The notes under the pieces are model-generated. The model was not told the DNA's origin, did not search any database, and saw only the letters and a list, made by a program, of their open reading frames with translations. DNA of 64,000 bases. Origin: Chromera velia (Eukaryota). Numbering within the stretch: the first letter of the stretch is position 1; each line of letters starts with the position of its first letter. Made by a program: the position numbers and the translations under genes. Below, in pieces: positions 11,927 through 24,324 of the stretch. The stretch lies in NCBI GenBank assembly GCA_018398765.1, contig JAHBMJ010000344.1:62001-126000 (forward strand). The letters are read 5' to 3'.

Positions 11927-14675
11927 ACACACACAAGCAGACGCATGAATTTGCTGAGGAAAGTGTTTCGCTCCCTATTTCGCAACGTCAGAGTTTGAAA
12001 GAGCTGGACTGCGGGAATTATGTTGTTTCATCGAATTCATTGTCGAATCATGTGGCGTTGCTCTCGCATGAAGCCTTTATTGAATGGAATGAAACCGTGT
12101 TTATTATCTGCGAGACTCCCTACTTTTATGTGCGATGCAATCTGCCTGCCTGCTTGCTTGTTTGCTGATTTGTTTATGTACAGTGGCGCGATGTGGCGTC
12201 TCTCTTCGGGTTTGAGGAATTTGACGCTCCCGTCCTTGAGAGTGAGGACCTGTACATCAGAAAGGTACTGTCTGTAGGCCAGAAGGAAGAGGGGGAGGGG
12301 AATTAATTCGTCTGTGAGACATCAAGGCAAAAAGAAAGGGAATGGAATGTGAGGCACCATCTGTCTTGCAGCTGTGAGCTTGTTTGAGGGAACCAAGAAA
12401 GTCAGGAGCGCATTTCCAGAAAGAACAGAAGCGGTTTTCTCGTACTGCTTCCGTCTTTTGTCTTCTCTTGTCTTCTCTTCTCTATTCCTCTTCTTCGTCT
12501 CTTCTTCCGCCCCACCTCCACGACCTTTGACCCCTCCTCTCTCGTTTGCTTCATTCCTTCCTGCCTGCCTTCATTAGTTCCCCTCCCTTCTCCCCCCTCT
12601 CTCAAAATCGTGAAAGCGACTATCAATCAGTTGTTGTTAAGAAAGAAGGAAGTGACACTCCCCGAAAAGAAGGAAGCTATCGATAGACTGATTGATTCTA
12701 TTGTCACCGCCTCGCTGTCATCTTCATTTGATTTCTCTCTCTTAGTAGCCTGTGTAGAGGAGGAATGTACGTTGATATTCTCGTGTGCAAACGATTGTTC
12801 ACTGCCAGTTTGCCCCTTCCCATGCAGGCAGGCGAAGAGGTGACCCAACAGTTGATATTCTCGTGTTCATACGATTATTCACTGCCATTTTGCCCCTTCC
12901 CATGCAGGCAGGCGAAGAGGTGACCCAACAGCTGTACTCATTTGAAGACAGAGGCGGCAGGAGAGTCGCCCTGCGCCCCGAGCTGACGCCCTCCCTGGCT
13001 CGAATGGTCCTTGCAAAGAGACGCCAGCTCCAGACGCCCCTCAAGTGGTGGAGCATTCCGCAGTGCTGGAGGTGAGGCAGCATCAATCATTGCTTTAAAC
13101 ACATTCATCATGTGTTTGTACAGCTGGAGCATTCCTTTCTTCCTCAGTGTTTCAGATGACGCCTGCGTACTCACTCGCTCTACAATGTGGAGGTGGCCTT
13201 CAATCATCATGAGGGATGACATCAATCAGCAAATCCTTGCCTCCATCCTCCATCTGTCTTGCGCCTGCATCCCTTTTCCCTGATTCAGCCTTGACTCTCC
13301 ATCCCTTTTTCCCTGATTCAGCCTTGACTCTCCATCCCTTTTCCCTGATTCACCCTTGACTCTCCATTCCTTTTCCCTGATTCACCCTTGACTCTCCATC
13401 CCTTTTCCCTGATTCAGCCTTGACTCTCCATCCCTTTTTCCCTGATTCAGCCTTGACTCTCCATCCCTTTTCCCTGATTCAGCCTTGACTCTCCATCCCT
13501 TTTCCCTGATTCAGCCTTGACTCTCCATCCCTTTTTCCCTGATTCAGCCTTGACTCTCCATTCCTTTTCCCTGATTCAGCCTTGACTCTCCATCCCTTTT
13601 CCCTGATTCAGCCTTGACTCTCCATCCCTTTTCCCTGATTCAGCCTTGACTCTCCATTCCTTTTCCCTGATTCAGCCTTGACTCTCCATCCCTTTTCCCT
13701 GATTCAGCCTTGACTCTCCATCCCTTTTCCCTGATTCAGCCTTGACTCTCCATCCCTTTTCCCTGATTCAGCCTTGACTCTCCATGGGGAAAAAGAAAGA
13801 AAGAAAGAAAGAAAGAAACGAAGAAGGAAGCAAGGAAGCCTCTCTCTCTTCTTTGAGTGTCATCAGCTGTCCCGATTCTTGTGCAATAGGGGGTTCCCTC
13901 TCTCTGTGTCTCTTGGTATCAAATCTGCAAAGCGCATGCCTTCTTTCTTGCGTTTCTTTTTTTTCTTCCCCTGCCTTTTTTGGATGTCTGCAGATACGAG
14001 CGAATGACTCGAGGCCGAAGACGAGAGCACTACCAGTGGAATATGGACATCTGGGGTCTGTCAGTCAGTCAGTTGGCCTGCCATATCTCCGTTTCTTTTT
14101 CTATTCTTATTTGATAAGAGGACATCTGGGGTCTGTCAGTCAGTCAGTTGGCCTGCCATATCTCCGTTTCTTTTTCTATTCTTATTTGATAAGAGGACAT
14201 CTGGGGTCAGTCAGTCAGTCAGTTGGCCTGCCATATCTCCGTTTCTTTTTCTATTTGGGGTCAGTCAGTCAGTTGGCTCTGTGCATTGATTCAGTCAGTG
14301 AAAGACGAGGCGAGTGTCTCTGCTTCAGTCAAACAGTTTGCCCTTCACAAGTGTGTCTCTGGGTATTATTCAACGATGCCGCAGTCGCACATGAGAGGAC
14401 AAGAGAAGAAAAGAGATTGTGGTGTTCTGTCCTTTTCTGACGACCTCAGGAATGCTTCTCTGTGTGTGTGTGTGTATGTGTGTGTGTGTGCGTGCGTGTA
14501 CGTGTGTGTGTGTGTGTGTGCGTGTGTGTGCGTGCATGCATGCAGGCGTCCCGGGTGTCCAGGCGGAAGCGGAACTTTTGTCTGCGATTGTGACTTTCTT
14601 TCGGAGGGTGAGCCGGCCTGCCTCTCTGCCTGCCTGTCTTTCTGTCTGTCTGCTTGTCTTTCTGTCTGTCTGCTT

Positions 14676-14708
<33 letters not shown>

Positions 14709-14747
14709 TCTGCCTGCCTGTCTTTCTGTCTGCCTGTCTGTCTGCTT

Positions 14748-14788
<41 letters not shown>

Positions 14789-14839
14789 TCTGCCTGCCTG
14801 TCTTTCTGTCTGTCTGCTTGTCTGCCTGTCTGTCTGTGC

Positions 14840-14877
<38 letters not shown>

Positions 14878-16431
14878 CTGTCCGTCCGTCCGTCTGAAAG
14901 ACGAAAAGAAATAAAAAGGAAGAAAGTAAGTGATACAGCCTGTCCGTGCATGAAGAAAAAAAGAGAAAGATAAGTCATACGGTCTATTTGTCTGACTGTG
15001 TGCCTGTCTATTTGTCGTTTTGATAATCTGTCTGTCTGACAGGAGAGAGAGTAGGGGCGATGGATGCAGCCCGTCTTGTTGTTGGCTACCTGGCTGACCA
15101 CACACACACGCACTAGCTGTGGGGAGGGCATGCTTTCTCGTTCTGCGTTTCTTTCTGTCATTCGTTTCCCTTCCTGCATTCCTTCGTTTCATATTTTCTT
15201 TGTAGTGCGAAAGTGAAACCACAAGAAGCGAAAAAAAGCCAGGAGAAAAAAAACAACATACCGTCGGACTGATTGCCTCTCCGTCAGCTTTGAGAAACGT
15301 GTGCACGCTTCTCCATCTCCATCCCATTTGATTCTTCCCCCCTTCCCCCCCCATCCGTGTTCCACTAAGATCACTCACGCGGAACCATGGACGATCGATG
15401 CATCACTGAACGCACTCGATCAGGTTGGCCTCACTTCCGAAGATATCGGTATCAAAGTGAACTCTAGGGGGGTCCTGAGAGCCTTGCTGAAAAAGTCAGT
15501 GAGTGAGTGAGTGAGTGAATGAGTGAGTGAGTGAGTGAATGAAGGGTGCTGAGCTTCGGCAATCATTTTTCCATCGACGCCTTCGGTATAGCTATCGTCT
15601 TGGTTTCTATTTCTGTCCCTCCTCTCTCTCTGCCTCTCTGTCTCTTTCTCTGTTTCCCTTTCGTGCCGAGAAGTATTAGTGGAGAGCCCTACAGATCATA
15701 GCGCTGCCTCTCCTCTCGTTTTCCCTTCAACTTTCCTCCACTTCTGTGCATGCGTGTGGGCGTGTCTTGTTGTTTTTTTTGTTGTTGTGGACATGACGCG
15801 AAAGTGACACGACGGCGGGATGTGATTGATGACTAGCTGTGGAGGGAGTTGTTCATTCGTGCGAAAAAAAGTTCTTTTCTTTTCTGCCGTTGACTCTTCT
15901 CTCTCGTTTTTTCTGTCACGTCTCTATCCATCCATCCAGCCAGCCTGTCTACCCTATCCTCTTATCTGAATTTTCTCTCGAGTTTTTTTTACCTTTATCA
16001 CCAAGAGCTGGTGCAATCAAATAAATGATTGACTGAGAAAATGCAGGGCATCGGTGGACGACTCCAAGTTTGCCGCCACGTGCGTTCTGGTGGACAAACT
16101 GGAGAAGGTGCCGCTTGAGGACCTGAGGGGTGACTTTGAGGCGTTGGGGTACGATGCCGACACGGTGGGTCCGTCGCTGGTTTCATTTCATTTCGTTTGG
16201 GTGCGTGTCTGTCTGTCTGTGTGTCCGTCTGGGAGAAGCATGGTGCCTTTACTTCCGTGGGAGTGGTGGGTGTATATGGCGTATCATTGCCTGCCTGCGT
16301 GCCTGTGGGAATAGAAGGATGGATGTCGACGATTTTTGATGGGAGGGAAAGAGGTCTTGAGATTCGATCTGCAGACTCTTTCCTTTGTTCCTCCTTTCTT
16401 TCTTTGAGTCTAGTGACCATCTCCCGTTGAT

Positions 16432-16522
<91 letters not shown>

Positions 16523-16825
16523 ACTCGATCCGCAGACGGAAAAAATCGCCGCATCGGTGGCACCCGGACGGACTCTCGACTCTGTTCTGTCGGAACTTCA
16601 GGAAGGGGGAGGGGGGGGGGNNNNNNNNNNNNNNNNNNNNNNNNNNNNNNNNNNNNNNNNNNNNNNNNNNNGGGCATTGGAGGACGTGCGGACGCTTTTT
16701 GAAATTGCAGAGAAGAGCGGCTATGCAGACTGGCTCCAGTTTGACCCTTCTGTTGTCCGTCCGTCCATCCGTCGGTGGTGCATACACACACACACACACA
16801 CACATACATACACACAGAGAGAGAG

Positions 16826-16892
<67 letters not shown>

Positions 16893-19800
16893 TGCACATA
16901 CTCGCGTGAACTAATTGCGTGTCTGTTTTTGAGATTCACAAAGTCGCCTCTCTGGTATCAAACATCATTTGCCATCCCACCGCAGCTTTGGAGAAGAAAT
17001 TTGAGAGAAAAGAAAGGAGGAGGCAAGGCAGATGTGCCCCCCCCCCCGAGTCAATCGATCCATCCAGAGAAGCAGAAGAAGAAGAAGAAGCAGAAGCAGA
17101 AGAAGAAGAAACTCATCCTCCGTCCATCCAGCAGATTCCTTCTGCGTGGGAAAGACGAGAGGCAGAGACGACAACTGTAAGGAACCGCTGCCTGCACGCT
17201 CGCATGCTGTGGAATGGCAGCAAGAAAGGGAAGGATAGAGGGAGGGAAGAAAGGGAGGGACTCTCGCGGACTTTGGTGCAATGGAAGGATCACGGGGCGG
17301 GGCTACTTTCATTCATTCTTGTGAGGAGCTAGTATTTATTGCAAGCACGTAGTAGGTGTGTGTCCTCACAAGATCATCTCATCTCATACCATCCTCTCTC
17401 TCTTTTCTTTCCTTCGCCATGCAGGTAACAATCCCTTCGATCGATCGTTTGATTTGTTTTGTTTGTTTGTTTGCGTGATCGGTCGATCGATGTGCATATA
17501 AATATGTGTAAATATATGCATGCAGGTTCGTGGTCTTGCCTACTACACAGGCACTGTTTTTGAAGCCTTCGACAGGCAGGGGGAGCTGCGGGCTGTCTGC
17601 GGGGGCGGGCGGTCGGTCAGCCTCCTCCTATGCTCTTGTCATTTGATTGCTCTTTGTGTGAGAGAGAGGGGGCAGTCATGACGTTGAACTTTCGGGCTCT
17701 TTCTTCTTTCGCCTTCTGTAAGCCCTCTCGTGAAGATTGCAACGGTTTTCATGGATTTGGCTTCACTCACAGGCCAGAAGGTTTGTTTGGTTGAGAGACT
17801 GTTTTTTTTCTTCTTTTGTTTTCTGCTTTCACGCAGGTACGACACCCTCCTGGAAACTTTTGGAGCCACTGAATTTCCCCAATATTATTAAATTCTGTAT
17901 GTAAATAAATGCACGCAGGTACGACACCCTCCTGGAAACTTTTGGAGCAAACGAACGGGACGCACTTCCTGCTGTCGGGTTCGGCTTCGGTGATGCGGTA
18001 ATTGTGGAGCTGTTGAAGTCAAAGTCAGTGAGTGCGTGAGCGAGTGAGTGAGTGAGGGAGTGAGGGAGTCTCCACCGATAGGGGGAAGATGGGGGGGCGA
18101 AGGAAGGCGGACTAGTGGAGCTGGGATGGAGGGCTGGGGGTCCCGTGTCGAGAAAGAAGAGTGCATGCATTTATTTTCATACAGAATTCTGTATTTATTT
18201 ATTTATGCATTTATTTCTGTATGAAAGGGATGGAGGGCTGGGGGGCCCGTGTCGAGAAAGAAAAGAAGCTTCTTGACCGAGTGCGTGCAATAAGCGCGGG
18301 GGGATTTAGAAAATGGAAGAAGTAGAAAGAGAGAAGCACGAGAAGCGAATGGTTCCTCTGTCCGTCTCTCTGGTTGCCTCTGTGACTTTCCTTGCGCTGT
18401 TGCCCTCTTCTTTAACTCAGGTTGGTCAGTCAGGCAGTCAGTCAGTCAGTCAGGCAGGCAGACAGGCAGTCAGTCTGAAGTCCTTGCTGCCCTTTTTCGT
18501 CTCTTTCAGTCAGTCCATTAGAGAAGGAAGAGCGAAAGAAATGTTGAAGAGGAAGCAGAAAGAACAGGCTCAAAAGGAAAGGAAAGGAATGTCAAGAAGA
18601 AGAAAGATCGCCTGACTGGATGTGTTTGTTTGCGTCCATGCATGCATACATGCATGCAGGGGAAAGTTGCCGGATTTCTCTTCTGGCTCCTCAGTCGACG
18701 CTCTGGTGTTTCCCTTCGAGAAGAATCAGGATGCGATGGCAGCCGCCTGCGCACAAAGGTCGGTTGATTGGTTTGTGGGTGGAGTTCTTTCTGGACAGCC
18801 AGTCAGACAGACAGACAGTTAGACAGTCAGACAGACAGACGGACAGACACACAGACAGACGGCATCTTTATCCATCCATCCATCCATCCATTTACTCATT
18901 CAGCCTCTGCACGTGATTGGATGGCGAAGGTCAGCGTCGCCCTCCCCTTCCCTCTCTTTTGTCGCTCCCCCATTCTCCCTTTGTGTCTGTCTGTATCCAT
19001 CCATATGGATAGGGCGGTTGATTGGGAGTCTATGTCGGTCAGAGAGAGAGAGGAGGGCGTGTGGTCGTGTTCTTGTACACAAACAAACAAGCATGCAGGC
19101 AGGAAGAAAGTCTCGAGCACCCTCTCGCATTGGATCTCTGCGTTGTCCTCCTTTTCTGCAGATTGCGAGAGCGTGGCATTCGCACAGATTTGATTTTGGA
19201 CCGACGGAAGGTCATCCAATCTTTTTTTTGTGTTTTCTTTTGTTTCCTTCGAGGGAAGGGAAGGGAAGGGAAGGGAAGGACAAAAGAAAACAAAAACGGA
19301 AAGAAAGAGCAAAGATTGCCAACAAAGAAGCAGCCAGTCCAAGCGACAAACAAAAGGAAAAGTTATCATGAGCTTTCTTCCAGCCCTTTTTGTGTGAACG
19401 ACAGAACGTTCTTTCTACAGCTACATGGAGACAAGGTGTGTGACAGATGTTGAGAAAAGCAAACAACGGGGGGAGAGCGAAGAAGAGAAATGAAACCACG
19501 GCAAAAGATTATTTTTTCCTTCTTTCCTTCGAACTTCCGCGCCCTCCCTCCGTCTACTCACTTCTGTCTGTCTAAATGCAAATAAGTGACCGACTGTCCG
19601 ACTCGCCGACTGACTGACTGACGACTGACGGCTGTATGAAAGAAGAATATGGATGCAGCCCAAGGCCGCGCTGAAGCTGGGTGCCAAACTCGGGGTTCCT
19701 CTGATGATCCTCATAGGCGAAGAGGAATCTCAAAAGGACGTAGTCAGTCAGTCAGTCAGTCAGTCAGTCAGTACGCTGATCGAGGCAGAAAGAAAGAAAG

Positions 19801-20131
19801 AAAGAAAGAAAGAACGAACGAACGAAAGAAAGAAAGAAAGAAAGAAAGAAGGGATGGATGAATGGAGAGGAGAGCGAAGAGCCCCTCCCCTCCCTCTTTC
19901 CTCTTCGAACAGCGAAAGAAAGAGTGGACCTCTCATATGCTCCTCGTCGTCACTTTCAAGAGAGTCGGAAAAGAAAAGGAGGAGGCCGAACTGAGGCTTG
20001 TCCGGTGAAGGGACCGCAGAGACCCACGGGCNGCGTGTGTGCGCGTGTGTGTGCGTGCGTGTGCGTTCGTGCGTGTGCGTGTGCGTGTGCGTGTGAACGT
20101 GTGCGTGTGCGCGTGTGCCTGCGCGTGCGCG

Positions 20132-20174
<43 letters not shown>

Positions 20175-20513
20175 GTGCGTGTGTGCGTGTGCCCTTTCTT
20201 GCATGTTTGGAAAGAGCGAACGGAAAATGGAGTGGAATAAAAAGAAGAAGAAGGGATTTTCCGGTGTACTTTCCGTGACTTCTTTCTTTATTGTCCTCTC
20301 TCATCTCATGCAGGTACGGTGCGTGCGTTTACTTTCATACAGAATTGCATGTTTACTTTTAAACGCATGCAGTTTATTTTTATTTTCCTCTCTCATCTCA
20401 TGCAGGTACGGGTGAAATCCATGGAAGATGGCACGCAAGCCGACATTCCGGTACCAAATCTGACTGATTTCTGCGTAGAAGTCCTGAAGAAAAAAGAAGA
20501 ACCACAAAGATAG
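10420..20513 (+). CDS. hisS: Histidyl-tRNA synthetase, organellar (plastid-type), 16 exons: 10420-10512, 11031-11085, 11457-11650, 12184-12264, 12908-13071, 13994-14055, 14546-14607, 15424-15494, 16047-16164, 16536-16754, 17526-17611, 17919-18023, 18660-18758, 19162-19210, 19659-19742, 20406-20513
   Basis: Class II HisRS motifs appear in order: [84 protein letters not shown], then the anticodon domain LIGEEE..VRVK. Junctions are phase-consistent. The first two exons are less certain, and an N gap lies inside exon 10. Confidence 0.95.
12771..12931. repeat. 80-bp tandem duplication of a HisRS acceptor and exon start
   Basis: GTTGATATTCTCGTGT...CCCATGCAGGCAGGCGAAGAGGTGACCCAACAG occurs twice; the second copy continues into coding sequence. 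Confidence 0.9.
13268..13785. repeat. Intronic minisatellite, 32-33-bp unit, about 16 copies
   Basis: (CATCCCTTTTCCCTGATTCAGCCTTGACTCTC)n with contiguous near-identical units and no spacers. Confidence 0.95.
14045..14255. repeat. 75-bp tandem repeat (x3) duplicating a HisRS donor site
   Basis: GGACATCTGGGGTC...TTGATAAGA units start at 14045, 14120 and 14195. Confidence 0.9.
17830..17948. repeat. Hairpin insert family copy 3 (one arm only) between 37-bp direct repeats of an acceptor
   Basis: CACGCAGGTACGACACCCTCCTGGAAACTTTTGGAGC at 17830 and 17912. The insert ends in AATTCTGTATGTAAATAAATGCA, the reverse complement of the family motif. Confidence 0.85.
18123..18262. repeat. Hairpin insert family copy 4 between 36-bp direct repeats
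   Basis: GGGATGGAGGGCTGGGGG(T/G)CCCGTGTCGAGAAAGAA at 18123 and 18227. Inverted TTTCATACAGAA (18175-18186) / TTCTGTATGAAA (18215-18226). Confidence 0.9.
20294..20411. repeat. Hairpin insert family copy 5 between 26-bp direct repeats of the last HisRS acceptor
   Basis: TCCTCTCTCATCTCATGCAGGTACGG at 20294 and 20386. The insert begins TGCGTGCGTTTACTTTCATACAGAATT and contains TAAACGCATGC. Confidence 0.9.
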
Positions 20514-21559
20514 CAGTTTCAAAGATCTGTAGTCTCCTAGGTAGTCTCAAGCATGTACACTGGCAGTGAATTGTGTTACACGCACTAAATTTAGGATGTT
20601 TTTCCATTTTATTCTACATATATATTTTTTTAAAAAATTAGTACGTAAGTATTGATAAAAAGAAGGCGGATCGACGTGCTAGGAACAGATCTAAAATGCA
20701 TCTCCCCCCTATTTAATTAAACAATTATAGTAATCAGCTAGGTAATCAGAATGATAATAATATATATCATCATAATATGTAATTAATGACTGCTGTTGTA
20801 AAAAACCGAACTGCCGTGTGCGTTGCCGCCGAACGCTAGACGCCTATTTATAGGCCGATGGCGATGGCGTATGATGATGATGATGATAATGATAAATTAT
20901 TTTGAATCCTTTCATAATTTGTTTAAAGTCAAGTTAAAAGAGCTCAGAGTCATTTAAAGTGATTAAACTGTGTTAGTACAGTGTTACTGTAAAATTGAAA
21001 TACTTAGTAAAATTCAATTTAATTAAAAACAGTAATTTAAACTGGAAGCCTAGAATTTAAAGTAATTCAGCAATGTTGGAACGCTTATATGATACAGTGT
21101 TGCGTATCGTTGTATTGCGTCGGACAATGCGTCCCGCATAGACTTTACGTTGGTCTCGACATCATGATGTCCGTTCTGGCTGTCCCGTTCATGCCTGTGT
21201 TGGCGGGGGCCACGGCATCTATTTCCGTTTGCGGAAGCGAAATGTATCCATTCATTCCTCTCTGGCCTCATGAAGCAGTTTGTTTTCTCTAGCCTGAACT
21301 GACAGTCCATGGACTCGGGTGCACCTATATATTCTCTGTACATCTATAGCAACCGTTTACCACGTGTATGGACCTTGCGTTGGTCTCGGCATGTCTGTCC
21401 TGGGCCGACATAGTGCATCAATCACGCCCTCTCTCTCTTGTGGTTGTGATTGCATGGATGCGAAGCGTGGTTGTATAGATGCATCAATCACGCCCTATGT
21501 GGTTGCATGGATGCGAAGTGCATACATGTCTTACAGAAGCTGTAGATGAGTTTGATATG

Positions 21560-23166
21560 TTGTAGAGATCCTTTGTCTGTGAGGTGACTGTCTTGCGCTC
21601 GAGAGAGAAAGAAAGTGCCCAGACGGTCATGCTCAAAATGGGGTTTGTCCCTATTTTGTTGTTGGTTGCCCTCCATACTCTTTGCTAGATCGATATGGTT
21701 TTTAGAAAGAAGAATGAGACACCTCAGGCTGTGTAGCATGCATTGAAAATAGTGATAAAAGAAGGAGTAAACAGTGAACTGGCAGGAGTTTCCCTTCATT
21801 CCTATCATTTCTTCTTTCATCTTTGCAACTGTGTGAGAATCCTTTTTCCTGTGGTGGGAGGGCATTTGTTTTCCATTCAGAAAGACCCTGCATACAGCAG
21901 CAGGGAGGCAACCTGTGGCACAACGGACAGCAAAAATAATAGAGTGGCTTGGGGCAATGAAGAAAAGCGATCTGCAAAAACGAATGAAAATAGTGTGGAA
22001 AGAAAGAATAGAGGCAGACATTAAAGAGAGGTCAAGAGGGGAGAGAACGGGAGAGAAGAAGATTAGAAGGACGTACAAACAAATATGTCTGTTCTGCACC
22101 TCAGGACTGAAAATTGAAACAGACTCAACCTTTGGCTGTTTGGGGGGGAGAAAAGCGAAAGAAGGGAAGGAACAGATGAGAGACAAAGGTATAGACAAAG
22201 CTCTTCTCGTCTTCTTGTTGACTCTCGCAAGCTCGATCTGCAGACCACTCATCTGTTACCAAGGTATTGCTCCTTAGCCTGTGCATTGAAAGAAAGCAGC
22301 TTTCAGAGTAGATATGAAGGGACTTGCTATGACTGCAGGTCGTATATCCTCCTAAGGGAAAGACAGCAGGTCCCTCTGGAAGAAAGGCTCTGCACTGTCT
22401 GCCAAGATCTTCTAGGGGTAAGGGTGGTTGAGAATGGAGTACACATGGTAACAGACTATCCAATTTATGAACAGGAAAGAGAAGAGTGTCTGTACAGAAT
22501 TGCGTAAGGCTGGTCAGAGGGGAGAGGAAAGAGACTGAATGAATCACCAAATTTTAAAGCAAACGGATAAGGGAAGATCAATAAGCTTGCTCTGTTTCAT
22601 TTTCTGATAAATGAGGCAGATAGTGATATTGATTTGTTCCTTTGCAGAACTATCAGCAGGTGTGAGGTTTTTATGGAATGCAGGAAAAGAATAGGTGATC
22701 TTTACAGAACAAACGCTGAAGAGCTCGCAGAAAGGGATAAAGAATCTCTCAAGAGAACTTAGAGAAGAAACGCGTACAGAAGAGAAAGCCACCAGTACGC
22801 AGCAATACACTAGACCAAATTGGTTGGGCAAAAGAGAAGGGCGAACAGAAAAACCTGGGAACAGAGGCAGTGGGGCACTGCTTGAATCCGTATGCTATAG
22901 ATCGTCTCCGATCTTGTTATCATTCTTGTGTTATGACCTTTTTGCAAACGATCTCTCTATGGTATGGTCTAGTTGATTTCGTTCGACAAATTTAATCGAT
23001 CAACAAATTGACATGTCAGGGAAAGTCCTGACGCCTAGGCCTGAGGGGTTGGTCTAAAACGCTCCATCTGCATGCAGGTGTCTGCGTAACCTCTCGAAGG
23101 TGCAAGTCGAGGCCCGGCAATGGACCACGGGGCAACCCGAAACATAAATCCTATCCTATCCTATCC
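21560..23166 (+). mobile_element. Decayed non-LTR retrotransposon (LINE) 3' fragment
   Basis: Broken purine-rich frames contain PLEERLCTVC..VVENGVHMVTDYPIYEQER, a degenerate C-terminal CCHC finger of LINE ORF2. It is preceded by FRVDMKGLAMTAGR and KIRRTY-like blocks. The fragment ends in an (ATCCT)n tail at 23148-23166. The 5' boundary is approximate. Confidence 0.7.
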
Positions 23167-23552
23167 CATCGTAACTGGCATCGTTCCCCACAGCATTCAG
23201 ATTTTTTAACAGATTTGGGATGATAAAAAATATTTGGTGCATGGCCCCACGTTTCAAAAAATATTTAGTGCACGTCGGACATTCGACATTGGGGCGGGAT
23301 CGAGGCCAATCCTCCAGACATAAATCCTAATCCTACTAGATATTTTAAAATACCAGTAGTGCTAACCCACTACTAAGAGTGTACGCAGTATTTGCTGTAT
23401 CAATCAATATGATCGATGCTACAGTCCTTTTATCTGAGCTTGTATGAAGTTTTATCCAAATCGTTATTTCTTACAATTTTCTTGCATTATTTTTTACAAT
23501 GTTTATTCTGTTTTACGAATAGAGAGTATTAGAGACAAAGTGTTCAAAATTG

Positions 23553-23934
23553 TTAGACAGAGTCCATCCAAGAGGGTGTTCTGAAGAGATTTTGTTCTTC
23601 TCGTGGTTCGAGCTCCATCGCCAGCTGGTTTCTGCAATCAGTGCACTCATGCATCGATGGGTGTGCCATGAAACCGATTCATCTGATCAGGACTGCCAAA
23701 CACACTGACCAGGGAATATCATTGTAAAAAGGATCAAGAACCTGATGACAGAGGTGCTCCTGGGAAGGAAAAAAGAACACAACTCATTAAATCTCTCTCA
23801 TCCTGCGTCTCTCCCTGGGTTCTAATGCACACACACGCATGCAGGCAGGCAGGCAGGCAGGCAGGCAGACAGACAGACAGACAGACCGACCGAAAGGAAG
23901 GAAGGAAGGAAGGAAGGAAGAAAGAAAGAAAGAA

Positions 23935-23966
<32 letters not shown>

Positions 23967-24286
23967 AAAGTCAACCAACGTAACGGCAGACTGTCTCTGC
24001 TGGATTGTTCGTGAGACCAATCCATCGCTACCAGAAAAGGCTGCACGTTCTCATGAAACGTACAGGTTTGAAAGGGCCCTCGGTCTTTTTCATCTCAACT
24101 TACATGCATCAAACAAAACGCAGTGAGTGCCGCAGTACCTACCTACCGACGAAATTTCCACAGTTGTTGTTTGGGGTCGAGGAAAATATTCCAATTTCCG
24201 GGGTCGTCGTTCTGCCATAAAGTCTGAACGAGGTTCCCCTTCATGTTCCAACTCGTCTTGCACTTGTACTGGTGGAGCCAAAAACT

Positions 24287-24324
<38 letters not shown>

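Noticed and set aside
13268..13785. 32-bp repeat array as CRISPR
   Set aside because: Units are contiguous with no unique spacers; it is an intronic minisatellite.
16621..16671. Apparent insertion in a HisRS exon (N runs also at 57662-57706 and 63231-63233)
   Set aside because: Assembly gaps beside G/C homopolymers or simple repeats, not biology.
20321..20346. Hairpin-family motif as a spliced-leader, snRNA or telomeric relic
   Set aside because: I see no resemblance to the dinoflagellate SL, U1/U6 cores or TT(T)AGGG repeats; its source remains unidentified.
21488..22252. 254-aa minus-strand hydrophobic ORF
   Set aside because: Antisense shadow of the purine-rich LINE remnant; no splice or domain support.
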